Source of the DNA: an uncultured Candidatus Saccharibacteria bacterium | GTDB taxonomy: Bacteria; Patescibacteriota; UBA1384; 2-12-FULL-50-11 | DNA length: 64,000 bases | Assembly (NCBI GenBank): GCA_964599405.1 | Contig: CAZRED010000001.1 | Span: 11,528-75,527 of the forward strand | Direction: 5' to 3' | Shown here: positions 17,195 through 26,858 of the stretch, in pieces | How the letters are laid out: each line of letters opens with the position of its first letter | How positions within the stretch are numbered: the first letter of the stretch is position 1 | The notes under the pieces: model-generated | Told to the model about the DNA's origin: nothing | The model's database searches: none | The model's input: only the letters and a program-made list of their open reading frames with translations | Translations under genes and position numbers: made by a program

Positions 17195-19012
17195 TTACTT
17201 CTTAGATTTTGCTCGGAGTGAGCCGTTGAGGATCTTTTTGCGCAGACGCAAAGACTTCGGTGTGGCTTCTAGCATCTCGTCATCTTCCAGGAAGTCGATT
17301 GATTGCTCCAAGCTCAAAACCGTTGCCGGGGTTAGCGTAATCGCGTCGTCGTTACCAGCCGAGCGGACATTGGTCTGTTTTTTCTCTTTAGTAATGTTAA
17401 CTTCCAAATCGTTATCACGTGAATGCAGACCGACAATCATCCCTTCGTAAACTGGTGTTTGTGGTTGAATAAAGGTAATACCCCGTTCTTGAGCATTATT
17501 AAGGCCATAAGACACCGCTTTACCACCAACTGATGCAACTAAAACACCATTACGAAGCTTAGGAATAGCGCTGCCCAGCGGAGCGAAACGCAAAAAGTTT
17601 GTGCCCATCACCGCTGTGCCACGAGAAATTGTAAGTAAAACGTTACGCAAGCCCAAAAGTCCGCGGGTAGTAATTTCAAAAAGTAAGCGGGTAGTGCCGT
17701 CTTCGTTTTCGGTTTGTAGCATTAAGATGCCCTTGCGCTTGCCAACTTCGCCGTTGACGGCGTTGGCAAATTCGCTTTTAACGTCAATTGTTAATTCTTC
17801 CACCGGCTCTTGGACTTGCCCGTCAATCACTTTGGTAATAACTTGCGGTTTACCGACCTGCATCTCGAAACCTTCGCGGCGGAGATTTTCAATAAAAACC
17901 GACAAGTGCAGTTCACCACGGCCCCACAGGATATATTCGTTATTTTCGCCGGATGTCATTTTCAGCGAAACATTCACTTCCAGCTCTTTGATAATTCGTT
18001 CGTAAATTTTTTGGCTGGTAAGCTGGGTGCCTTCTTTGCCGACAAACGGCGAAGTATTGGCCGAAATGGCCATTTTCAGCGTTGGCTCAGCAATCTGGAG
18101 CGTTGGTAAGGCAACGGGCGTAGCGGCATCGGCAATGGTGTCGCCAATTCGACAGTTCTTAATACCAGTAATCGCCACAATGTCGCCGGCATCAGCGAAA
18201 GCCACTTGTGAGCGGGTTAACCCATGCGTGCTATAAACTCGATCAATTTTAGCGTTTTCGCGAAAACCGTCCGGCGTACCGATCGATACGGCTAGACCTG
18301 GTTTAGCAATGCCGCGAGTCACTTTACCGATGGCGTACTTGCCTTGGAAGTTGTCCCAATCCAGGGCGGTGACCAACATTTGGAACGGCTGATCTTTCTG
18401 CGATTGGGGGGCGGGAATATGTTTTAAAATTGCGTCAAAAATCGGCGTTAGGTCGGTGTCCGCGCTGATCTGTTCGCTGGTGGGCAGGTTTTCCCATGAC
18501 TTGCCGTCGCGGCCAACGGCGTAGTAAACCGGGAAATCCAATTGAGCCTCGTCGGTCGCTAGATCCAAAAATAAATCCGAGGTGTCGCGGAGGACTTTAG
18601 CAATCTGGGAGTCATGTTTATCAATTTTGTTAATCACCACAATTGGTCGTAAGCCTAGCTCCAGCGCTTTTTTAAGCACAAATTTGGTTTGGGGCATTGG
18701 ACCTTCTTTGGCATCAATAATTAGCAAGGCGCCGTCAGTCATGGTTAGTGTGCGCTCTACTTCACCACCAAAATCGGCGTGGCCGGGGGTGTCGATAATA
18801 TTTATCTTCACGCCTTTGTAGGTAACCGCTGTGTTTTTAGCAAGAATCGTAATGCCGCGCTCCCGTTCCTGATCGTTAGAGTCCATAATCAGGGTTTGGT
18901 TCATCTCCGCCTCGTTATCGCGGAAGGTGTGCGACTGCTTCAATAGCCCATCCACCAGGGTAGTTTTACCGTGGTCAACGTGGGCGATGATGGCGACGTT
19001 GCGAATAGGCAT
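17195..19012 (-). CDS. typA: Translational GTPase TypA/BipA
   Basis: [35 protein letters not shown] and GRGELHL motifs. Confidence 0.98.
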   Translation of the reverse strand: MPIRNVAIIAHVDHGKTTLVDGLLKQSHTFRDNEAEMNQTLIMDSNDQERERGITILAKNTAVTYKGVKINIIDTPGHADFGGEVERTLTMTDGALLIIDAKEGPMPQTKFVLKKALELGLRPIVVINKIDKHDSQIAKVLRDTSDLFLDLATDEAQLDFPVYYAVGRDGKSWENLPTSEQISADTDLTPIFDAILKHIPAPQSQKDQPFQMLVTALDWDNFQGKYAIGKVTRGIAKPGLAVSIGTPDGFRENAKIDRVYSTHGLTRSQVAFADAGDIVAITGIKNCRIGDTIADAATPVALPTLQIAEPTLKMAISANTSPFVGKEGTQLTSQKIYERIIKELEVNVSLKMTSGENNEYILWGRGELHLSVFIENLRREGFEMQVGKPQVITKVIDGQVQEPVEELTIDVKSEFANAVNGEVGKRKGILMLQTENEDGTTRLLFEITTRGLLGLRNVLLTISRGTAVMGTNFLRFAPLGSAIPKLRNGVLVASVGGKAVSYGLNNAQERGITFIQPQTPVYEGMIVGLHSRDNDLEVNITKEKKQTNVRSAGNDDAITLTPATVLSLEQSIDFLEDDEMLEATPKSLRLRKKILNGSLRAKSKK

Positions 19013-19021
19013 TAGTTTTTC

Positions 19022-20200
19022 TTAGGCGCCAATACCAACAAAGGTCAGGGCTTTACCCTTTTTGTCGGCCCGGCCGGTGCGGCCGATGCGGTGAATATAG
19101 TCGGAATAGTTTTCCGGCGCTTCAAAGTTAACAACATGGCTAACGTTAGGAATATCCAAACCACGAGCGGCCACATCGGTGGCAACCATAATCTGGACGC
19201 GATTTTGTTTGAAGTCGTTCAAGGCTCGTTGGCGCTGGGCTTGGGTTTTATTGCCATGAATGGAAACAGCGCTAAAGCCACGTTCCATCAGAGTTTTCAT
19301 CAGTTTTTCCACACCGTGTTTGGTCCGGCCAAAAATCAGCACTTTGGTGGATTCCGGTTCAGTCAAAAGGTTATGGAGCAAGCTCATTTTGTGAAAGTTG
19401 TCGGTGTAGCGAATCACGTCTTGGTCAACGTTCTGGGCAGTTTCACGTCGTTTAACGGAAACTGACTGCGGATTTTGGGTGAAGTCAGCAATTAAGGTCC
19501 GGACTTCTGGGGTGATGGTAGCAGAGAAAAACAGCGATTGACGTTGTCGCGGTAGCTCACGAATCAGTTTGCGGACGTCATCAATAAAGCCCATCTCCAC
19601 CATCCGGTCGGCCTCATCAAGAACTAGATTATTCACATCAAATAGCCGCATTGTCCGACGATTCAAATGATCAAGCAGGCGACCGGGAGTGCCGATAATA
19701 AACTGGGGATTGCGGCGCAGAGCCTGAATTTGGGAACCAAAGCCGTTACCACCGATGCAAAGCGCAGAATACAGCTGCATGCCCTGCGAGAAACTACGCA
19801 GTTCTTCTTCGATCTGCACGGCTAATTCGCGGGTTGGGACGATAATTAAGGCCTTTTGCGAACGGTCTTTCATGAATTTATGCATTAATGGCAGCAAAAA
19901 CGCGGCCGTTTTACCGGTACCGGTTTCGGCGATGCCGATAACATCTTGGCCGCTCATGACTAGCGGAATGGATTTATCCTGAATTGGTGTTGGTGTAACG
20001 TAGCCGCGAGCGTTTACGCGCTCCACAATTCGGTTGTCCAGCGAAAAATCGCTGAAGCGATGGATAATTGGTTCCGGAGTTGTTTCGCCAACCTCAACCG
20101 CTTTATTAATATAGCGGTCCGGGTGAATCGAACTGGATCGTGGGGAACGTCGTTGTCGACGTCCAAAGCCACCACGGTGGCTTCGTACATTGTTATACAT
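19022..20200 (-). CDS. DEAD-box RNA helicase
   Basis: [26 protein letters not shown] and HRIGRTGR motifs. Confidence 0.97.
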   Translation of the reverse strand: MYNNVRSHRGGFGRRQRRSPRSSSIHPDRYINKAVEVGETTPEPIIHRFSDFSLDNRIVERVNARGYVTPTPIQDKSIPLVMSGQDVIGIAETGTGKTAAFLLPLMHKFMKDRSQKALIIVPTRELAVQIEEELRSFSQGMQLYSALCIGGNGFGSQIQALRRNPQFIIGTPGRLLDHLNRRTMRLFDVNNLVLDEADRMVEMGFIDDVRKLIRELPRQRQSLFFSATITPEVRTLIADFTQNPQSVSVKRRETAQNVDQDVIRYTDNFHKMSLLHNLLTEPESTKVLIFGRTKHGVEKLMKTLMERGFSAVSIHGNKTQAQRQRALNDFKQNRVQIMVATDVAARGLDIPNVSHVVNFEAPENYSDYIHRIGRTGRADKKGKALTFVGIGA

Positions 20201-20501
20201 TTTCTAAAAACAGCCTTTCTACTGTCTACTCCCAGACAGTAGTGCCGCCTTAGAAGGGGCCACGATCCGAAAGTAATTATTTAATTACTTCTTCGCACTC
20301 ATTTCCCTGCGAGTGCGGTTAAAGCTCAACTAGCTTAGCACGAATATTGGTAAATTACTAGGGAGTCACCCCTAAACCCTTGACAGGAGATTTGGTTGGG
20401 TTACACTTGTTCTCGTCTATTTTGTAAGGAGGTTCATTAGAACAACCATCAATATTCTTAGACAAAAATTAGAGAATCTATCAAATAAAGTAAAAAAATC
20501 T

Positions 20502-21437
20502 TTGGCCCCGGTTGAGCGGTATTTTCAGAAAATATCTGTCCGTACCAACCACTTGGCCAATGCGATAATCGTTTCGCCCCAATATAAGCGGGGGATGCGG
20601 TTCTTCAAGCGGTACTCCACCCAAACTAGCTTTGGGTTTGTGATTGCCGTCTTTTTGACGGTGACTGTCGGCGAAGGCCAAGCCTTTATTGTCTCCACCC
20701 CCACCGTGGCTGCCCAACTGGAAAGCCAAAACGACGGCTTTGTTAGTAAGCCGCAACTTTTTGCCGGCCAAACCATTTTAACTGGTGAGGTACAGCAATC
20801 GGCGGCGATTATTTATACGGTGGAAACCGGTGACAATTTGGTGGCGATTGCCGCTCGTTATAATATTAGCGTCGGTTCGATATTGGATGCTAACGACATT
20901 GAGCCAATTAAAGCTGAAACGATTCGCCCGGGTACTGATTTAATTATTCCGGCTGAAGATACGAATACTTCGCTCGCCTGGCTGGATTCAATCAATAAAG
21001 CCAAAGCCGAGCAAGCCCGCTTAGCGGAAGCAGCCCGCCTGCGCGATCTGGCCCGCTCGCGCACCACTTCTACCCGTGTCACTAACATCGGTGGCCATAC
21101 CATTCTTGGTACGATGCGCGGCGGTTACAACGGTGGCTACCCAGGACAGTGCACTTGGTACGCTAACTACAAACGTTCCGACCTGCCAAATGGCATGGGT
21201 AACGGTGGCCAATACGTAGCCAGTGCTCGAAAGTTTGGATTACCAACTGGCACCACCCCCCGTGTCGGTTCGCTAGTGGTTACTAACGAAGCGGCCTACT
21301 ACGGCCACGTTGCTTACGTTGAATCAGTCAGCGGCAGCTCTATCACGATAACTGAGATGAACTACGTCGGCCCGTACGTCGTCAGCCGCCGAACAATTTC
21401 GATCAACTCTCCAGCCATCAAAGGCTACGTTTACTAA
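20502..21437 (+). CDS. LysM + CHAP domain peptidoglycan hydrolase
   Basis: LysM YTVETGDNLVAIAARY; CHAP GQCTWY, GNGGQ, GHVAYVE, EMNY. True start may lie upstream (ATT at 20436). Confidence 0.92.
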   Translation: MAPVERYFQKISVRTNHLANAIIVSPQYKRGMRFFKRYSTQTSFGFVIAVFLTVTVGEGQAFIVSTPTVAAQLESQNDGFVSKPQLFAGQTILTGEVQQSAAIIYTVETGDNLVAIAARYNISVGSILDANDIEPIKAETIRPGTDLIIPAEDTNTSLAWLDSINKAKAEQARLAEAARLRDLARSRTTSTRVTNIGGHTILGTMRGGYNGGYPGQCTWYANYKRSDLPNGMGNGGQYVASARKFGLPTGTTPRVGSLVVTNEAAYYGHVAYVESVSGSSITITEMNYVGPYVVSRRTISINSPAIKGYVY

Positions 21438-21458
21438 TTCTGCTACGCTGAAATCATC

Positions 21459-21950
21459 ATGGAGGGGCAACGCAAAGGATTTTTGCGCAATACCATTTTT
21501 GGCGCTGAAGACAGTTTGGTTTCGACTGTTGGGTTACTTTCCGGCGTCAGTTTTGCCGGGCTAAGTAGCCGGGAGATAGTTATTAGCGGTGTTGTCTTGA
21601 TTGTTGTTGAAGCCCTATCGATGGGTGCTGGCACTTACATTGCTGACGACTCAACCAATCAGCTGGTGCGGCTAAAATCCGAACGGGAAAACCAGCTTTA
21701 TAACGCCGTTGTGATGTTCCTATCTTATATAATGGTTGGACTAATCCCGCTTGGTCCGTACTTATTTAGCGCCGATACCCGCGTGGCTTTCTATTATTCC
21801 TTGGGGGCAACGCTGTTTGCCCTGTTTTGTTTAGGGCTTTTCCGGGGATTTTATGTCGGTCAATCGCTCTGGAAGTCGGCGGTTAAAATTACGATAATTG
21901 GTTCGATTACGGCCGGAATTGGCGTAATGGTTGGGTATTTGTTGCGTTAA
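21459..21950 (+). CDS. VIT1/CCC1 family Fe/Mn transporter
   Basis: IFGAEDSLVST and EALSMGAGTYI motifs; about 5 TM helices. Confidence 0.88.
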   Translation: MEGQRKGFLRNTIFGAEDSLVSTVGLLSGVSFAGLSSREIVISGVVLIVVEALSMGAGTYIADDSTNQLVRLKSERENQLYNAVVMFLSYIMVGLIPLGPYLFSADTRVAFYYSLGATLFALFCLGLFRGFYVGQSLWKSAVKITIIGSITAGIGVMVGYLLR

Positions 21951-22024
21951 TCCATTGATTTACCGCAATATGTAGTTATACTTTCGTTCACGCACCAAGC
22001 ACCTAGAAATCACGGACGAGAAAA

Positions 22025-22735
22025 ATGAACACACTGCTTCTTATCTCCGCACTCTTCACCAGCCAAGCGGCCGGTGCCCAGACCCCACAGACGTTCCTCG
22101 AACGTTTCGACGATCAGGTTGGTATCCGTAATTCCGTTCAAGTGCTGCTAGAAGCAGCTTCAGCAAACGGGTGGACCGGCGTACGTGACGTTGCCACGAA
22201 AAGTGCCAATGTGCCAGGCCTGTCAGAAAGCGATCGGATCGGCGCCATGCTGGATCTGTTCGATGGGGTCAAGTACATGATCGGGTTCTCTAAGGAGAAT
22301 GAGGCTAAAGGAAAGTTCCCTATTGGCACAACCGCCAAAGAACTGATCGTCTCCGAATTACGTTACGGTCTCGACGACATTAAGAAAATCGTCGAGTCCC
22401 CCGATTACGAGAAGAACCTGAGAAGGGGGCCCAGCCAGCACCGGTTCTACGAATCCTTCAAGACATATGTCTCAATGGAGCCGGAAAACTCGCCGCCACA
22501 TATTATTGCCGTTCGCTTTCGGACGGTCCCACGTGCGGGAGATGTCATTCAGTTTTTCCTCTGTTTCAGAACGGTGGAAATTGACGGGCAAAAGAAATCG
22601 CGCCTGGAATTCATCGTCCCCGAAGTCCGTCTTTCCGTTACCCCGGCATCCGCCGGGGATTTTTTTATCTTTGCGCCCCGGGAGAGATTCGAACTCCCGA
22701 CCTTGACGATAGAAGCGTCCTGCTCTAACCGCTGA
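22025..22735 (+). CDS. Secreted hypothetical protein; 3' end reads through a terminator into the antisense of a tRNA
   Basis: Signal-peptide-like N-terminus and own TTGATT/TATACT promoter; true C-terminus doubtful. Confidence 0.55.
   Translation: MNTLLLISALFTSQAAGAQTPQTFLERFDDQVGIRNSVQVLLEAASANGWTGVRDVATKSANVPGLSESDRIGAMLDLFDGVKYMIGFSKENEAKGKFPIGTTAKELIVSELRYGLDDIKKIVESPDYEKNLRRGPSQHRFYESFKTYVSMEPENSPPHIIAVRFRTVPRAGDVIQFFLCFRTVEIDGQKKSRLEFIVPEVRLSVTPASAGDFFIFAPRERFELPTLTIEASCSNR
22641..22668. terminator. Hairpin plus T-tract next to the tRNA-Arg(TCT) 3' end
   Basis: CCCCGGC-ATCC-GCCGGGG followed by ATTTTTTT. Confidence 0.65.
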
Positions 22736-22746
22736 GCTACCGGGGC
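22674..22746 (-). tRNA. tRNA-Arg(TCT)
   Basis: Reverse complement GCCCCGGTAGCTCAGCGGTTAGAGC...GACG-CTTCTAT-CGTC...GTTCGAATC...CCGGGGCG. Confidence 0.93.
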
Positions 22747-22810
22747 AATTGAGCTGTATTTTACCCGAATTCTGGTTGCTAATACAGGGATATCGGCTAT
22801 ATTTTACCTT

Positions 22811-23377
22811 ATGTTGACCCGCGATGATGCCTACAAGCTTTTAACCGAACATGTCGCTGGAGAAAATCTCATTCGCCACTGTTTGGCCGTGGAAGCGGCG
22901 ATGCGCGGACTAGCCAATCACTTCCAGGAGGATCAGGAGTCTTGGGGTATCGCTGGGCTGTTACACGACGCCGACTGGGAAATCACCCGCGACACGCCAG
23001 AAACTCACGCTAAAGTGGTCGCCGAATGGCTGGAGGATTGGGATTTGGGCGACGAAGGTATTAAAGAAGCGATTTTAGCCCACAACCACTTTCATAACGG
23101 CCACGAGCCGCCGCAGAACCAAATGGAGTGGTCGCTTTACTGCTGCGACGAGCTGACCGGCTTGATTGTCGCTTGTGCATTGGTTCAGCCGAATAAGAAC
23201 TTGGAAACCGTGACGGTGGAATCGGTAATGCGCAAATTCCCGGAAAAAGCCTTTGCCGCCGGGGTGGATCGCTCAAAGATTCAGCACTGCCAAGCCGAAT
23301 TGGGAATTGAACTGGAAGACTTTGTGGGGATTGTGCTGGAAGCAATGCAGAATATCTCCACCGAACTCGGTCTTTAG
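22811..23377 (+). CDS. HD(IG)-domain phosphohydrolase
   Basis: RHCLAVEAAM, GLLHDADW, AILAH and DELTGLI motifs. Confidence 0.9.
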   Translation: MLTRDDAYKLLTEHVAGENLIRHCLAVEAAMRGLANHFQEDQESWGIAGLLHDADWEITRDTPETHAKVVAEWLEDWDLGDEGIKEAILAHNHFHNGHEPPQNQMEWSLYCCDELTGLIVACALVQPNKNLETVTVESVMRKFPEKAFAAGVDRSKIQHCQAELGIELEDFVGIVLEAMQNISTELGL

Positions 23378-23413
23378 CTTGTTTTTACCCTAGAAAAGTA
23401 TATACTTTTTCTG

Positions 23414-25552
23414 ATGAAATTTTTGAAAGGTCTCCTGGCTGTTGTGCTGGCTGCTACGCCGCTTCTGACTATTGCACCGCAAACGGCATCGGCCCACGAA
23501 AACCTTATCCCTAATCCCTCCGTAGAAACTCCAGCAACTGGCGAAAATCGTCCGGAGAATTGGCAGCCCGGTTTTATTTGGGGTGAATTAAAGCCGTCGT
23601 TTTCATATGAAAACGACGGATTACAAGGCAATCGCTCGGTTAAAGTAGCTGTTAGTAACTACAGCTCCGGCGATGCTAAGTGGTACTTCGACCACGTTAA
23701 TGTTGCGCCAAACCAAGAATATACTTACAGTGATTACTACAAATCCGATGTTGGCACCGAGCTGGTCGCTGAAACTCTCGATTCAGCCGGTAGCGCCTCC
23801 TACCAGTGGCTATCCTGGACTAGCCCGAGCGACCAGTGGAAACCGGTCATTGTCGACTTCACTACCCCTTCTAACGCTGTGAAAGTCTCCGTTTTCCACC
23901 TATTACTTAGTAACGGCTACCTCCAAACTGACGCTTTTTCGCTAACTGACAAACACCCGCCAGGTGGCAACATTCTTAACCCTGGCCTTGAATCAGCCGA
24001 TCCGAACAATGCCAACCAGCCATTTGCCTGGAAAACCGGCTCCTGGGGTAATAATCAACCAACCTATACCTACCAAAACACTGGCTATCAATCCAATCGT
24101 AGTGGCAAGGTTAGTATTGCTAATTTCCAATCGGGCGATGCTAAGTGGTACTTCGAGCCAATTACCGTAGCACCAAGCACCAGCTACCTCTTCGAGGACT
24201 ACTACCGATCAGACATTCTAACCTCGGTAGTTGCCCGGGTTGAGTCAGCCAGTGGTGCTATCTCCTATCTGTGGCTTGGCGACGTAGCGGCTAGCGCAGT
24301 TTGGAAGCAAGCATCCCTACCGATTACGACACCTGCCGACATCAAACAGCTAACTGTTTTTCACCTGTTAGCTGGCAACGGCTATCTAGAAACTGATAGT
24401 TTCAGTTTTTCTGAAATTCAACAGGGGTTAGTGCCAAACCCATCATTTGAAACTGCCGATGCCGGCAACCCGAACATGCCTGCTCAATGGCAAACAAATA
24501 ACTGGGGTAATAACGTCGCCTCATTTGAATACTTAAACAACGGCCACACCGGCAATCACAGCGCCAAGGTTACAGTTAGTAATTACAGCTCCGGCGATGC
24601 TAAATGGTGGTACGAACCGACAGTAATCGAACCTGAAGAAGAATATGCTTTCTCTAATTTTTATCAATCAAATACCTCCACCCGAGTAGTCGTGTGGGTG
24701 GTCACTACTGGCGGCGTTAACCAGTACATCGGCCTGGGGAGTGCTCCAGCCAGCTCGACCTGGACGGAGTTTCACGATACCTTCACGATGCCCGTTAACG
24801 CTGCCCGTGCCGCAATACTCCATATTGTTGAGGGTAACGGTTTCTTAATAGTTGATGACTACTCGCTTGCAATCGGTGAAATTCAAGGATTCAACCGCGG
24901 CCTCGTCACACTAACCTTCGACGACGGCTGGGAAGCCAACGTTTCCACTGCCCTACCAATTATGCAGCAGTACGGCTTCCTCTCTACCCAATTCTACGCC
25001 ACCGGCTTTTTGAACGGCGAAGATTATCAGTCTCTAGCTAACGTTTGGAAATTTATTGACGCTGATCACGAGATTGGTTCGCACTCGGTTACCCACCCCG
25101 ATTTAACGACACTTTCACCAGAAGCACTAGACTATGAGCTGCGCGAATCAAGACGGTTCCTTGAAGATACGTTCGGCGTTAAAATAAAGAACTTCGCTTC
25201 ACCGTTTGGCGCTTACAACAATAATGTTATCCAGGCAATTCAAGGTTATTACGAATCACACCGGAGCGTTGACGTCGGTTACAACAGTAAAGACAACTAC
25301 GATCAGTGGCGTTTCAAGGTTCAGAACATGACTCCTACCACTACTTTGGCCGAATATCAGGCCTGGCTCCAACACGCCAAGAGCAAAAAATTATGGCTGA
25401 TTTTGGTTTATCACAAGGTTGAAAATAGTAATGTTGGCCCGTACGACAGCACGACGGACCAATTTGCTGCTCAAATGGCCGCGCTATCAACCAGCGCTAT
25501 AGTTGTTGCCACCATGCAGCAGGCGATCGAAGAGCTGACACCACAGCTCTAG
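23414..25552 (+). CDS. Secreted polysaccharide deacetylase (CE4/NodB) with three CBM4/9-like repeats
   Basis: Signal peptide; three NP(S/G)xE...SGDAKW repeats; TFDDG, HSVTHP, PFG and LVYH motifs. Confidence 0.9.
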   Translation: MKFLKGLLAVVLAATPLLTIAPQTASAHENLIPNPSVETPATGENRPENWQPGFIWGELKPSFSYENDGLQGNRSVKVAVSNYSSGDAKWYFDHVNVAPNQEYTYSDYYKSDVGTELVAETLDSAGSASYQWLSWTSPSDQWKPVIVDFTTPSNAVKVSVFHLLLSNGYLQTDAFSLTDKHPPGGNILNPGLESADPNNANQPFAWKTGSWGNNQPTYTYQNTGYQSNRSGKVSIANFQSGDAKWYFEPITVAPSTSYLFEDYYRSDILTSVVARVESASGAISYLWLGDVAASAVWKQASLPITTPADIKQLTVFHLLAGNGYLETDSFSFSEIQQGLVPNPSFETADAGNPNMPAQWQTNNWGNNVASFEYLNNGHTGNHSAKVTVSNYSSGDAKWWYEPTVIEPEEEYAFSNFYQSNTSTRVVVWVVTTGGVNQYIGLGSAPASSTWTEFHDTFTMPVNAARAAILHIVEGNGFLIVDDYSLAIGEIQGFNRGLVTLTFDDGWEANVSTALPIMQQYGFLSTQFYATGFLNGEDYQSLANVWKFIDADHEIGSHSVTHPDLTTLSPEALDYELRESRRFLEDTFGVKIKNFASPFGAYNNNVIQAIQGYYESHRSVDVGYNSKDNYDQWRFKVQNMTPTTTLAEYQAWLQHAKSKKLWLILVYHKVENSNVGPYDSTTDQFAAQMAALSTSAIVVATMQQAIEELTPQL

Positions 25553-25620
25553 CTTGTTGCATTTTCCCTTACAAAAGCATATACTATTGTTCGTAAAAGC
25601 GGGGGGCTAGAAAGTAGCCA

Positions 25621-25740
25621 ATGTATACACTTCCAAAAGCTGGTCCAAGCACCTTCGTTCACTTAATTGCCCTAGTGGTTGCGACTGCTATTGTTTTCGG
25701 TAAATCCGCTTACAAAGCCGTAGTCAAAAGCGCTAAGTAA
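25621..25740 (+). CDS. 39-aa micro-protein with LPKAG motif, TM helix and basic tail; not in the ORF track
   Basis: Hand translation MYTLPKAGPSTFVHLIALVVATAIVFGKSAYKAVVKSAK*; TATACT promoter upstream. Confidence 0.65.
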   Translation: MYTLPKAGPSTFVHLIALVVATAIVFGKSAYKAVVKSAK

Positions 25741-25760
25741 TTTGGCTACATTTTTATTTA

Positions 25761-26780
25761 ATGAATAAAACTACCATTGCGGTAGTGGTTCCTGCATACA
25801 ACGAAGAGAAAGTGATTGGCGCGTCTCTCGCTTCACTGCGCCGTTGTATTGATATGAAGCATGTTTACGTTGCTAGCGACGGTTCGACAGATACAACTGC
25901 CAGTATTGCCCGTAGCTATACTAAAAACGTCTTAAGCCTGCGGAAAAACCGCGGCAAGGCCGGAGCGCTTCAGGCCTTGATTAAAAAGTTCTCCCTCACA
26001 GAAAGCTATAAATACGTCTTCTTTTTTGACGCCGACACCAAGATTGATCGAAACTTTTTACCAGAAATTAAAAAAGTAGTTGCTGCACAGCGCCCCGCCT
26101 GTGTCGTCGGTACCGTTACCAGCACTAAAAACAAGTTAATCAGCGCTTTTCGGGTGTTTGAGTACGGTTTTTCTCATAAATTCTTTAAAAACGCCCAGAA
26201 TTTCATGGGAACTATCGTGATCGCCCCCGGTTGTGCTTCCGTTTACCGGGCGGATGTGTTGGCTAAGCTGGATTTTAGCCGTAGAACCCTAACGGAAGAC
26301 TTGGATTTCACCATTCAAATTCAAAAATACCGCTACGGCAAGGTTGTTTATTGTCCGCGAGCCCGAGTTCTTACCCAAGACCCAATGAGTTTTAGTGACT
26401 TTTGGAATCAAATCACTCGCTGGAATACCGGTTTTTGGCAAAACTTCTTTATCCATCGTCTTTACCAACCAAACCGCAAGCTAAACTTCGAAGTACTGCT
26501 GTTGCTAAGCGACTTCCTGCTTTGGGGTGGATTGCTAGTGTTTGCTCTGTTTGAACCAATCTACTTTTTAGAGCTGTATGCCACGTCTCTATTGATCTTA
26601 ACTGCCATCGCTAGCGGAACGATCGTTGCCGAGAAACAGTATTGGGCCCTGCCGTACGTGCCGTTGTTCAACTTTTTCCAGATCGTTAACACGGTTTCGT
26701 TTGTTTACTCCTTTTTCCGAGCAGTTATTGGCTCTGGCAAACAGTTGTCCTGGCAAAAAGTTTCTCGCTACGCCAACTAA
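25761..26780 (+). CDS. GT2 processive glycosyltransferase (IcaA/cellulose-synthase-like)
   Basis: VPAYNEE, DGSTD, GKA, DAD, TED and QITRW motifs; C-terminal TM helices. Confidence 0.93.
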   Translation: MNKTTIAVVVPAYNEEKVIGASLASLRRCIDMKHVYVASDGSTDTTASIARSYTKNVLSLRKNRGKAGALQALIKKFSLTESYKYVFFFDADTKIDRNFLPEIKKVVAAQRPACVVGTVTSTKNKLISAFRVFEYGFSHKFFKNAQNFMGTIVIAPGCASVYRADVLAKLDFSRRTLTEDLDFTIQIQKYRYGKVVYCPRARVLTQDPMSFSDFWNQITRWNTGFWQNFFIHRLYQPNRKLNFEVLLLLSDFLLWGGLLVFALFEPIYFLELYATSLLILTAIASGTIVAEKQYWALPYVPLFNFFQIVNTVSFVYSFFRAVIGSGKQLSWQKVSRYAN

Positions 26781-26858
26781 TCGCTTGTCATATTGCCCGT
26801 GACAGGCAATAAGCAATCTACCGGTTGCTATCAAGAGCTCGCCTGGTAGTATCAAGCC

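Noticed and set aside
23651-24615. Nucleotide repeats inside the deacetylase gene
   Set aside because: Explained by the three tandem CBM-like protein domains.
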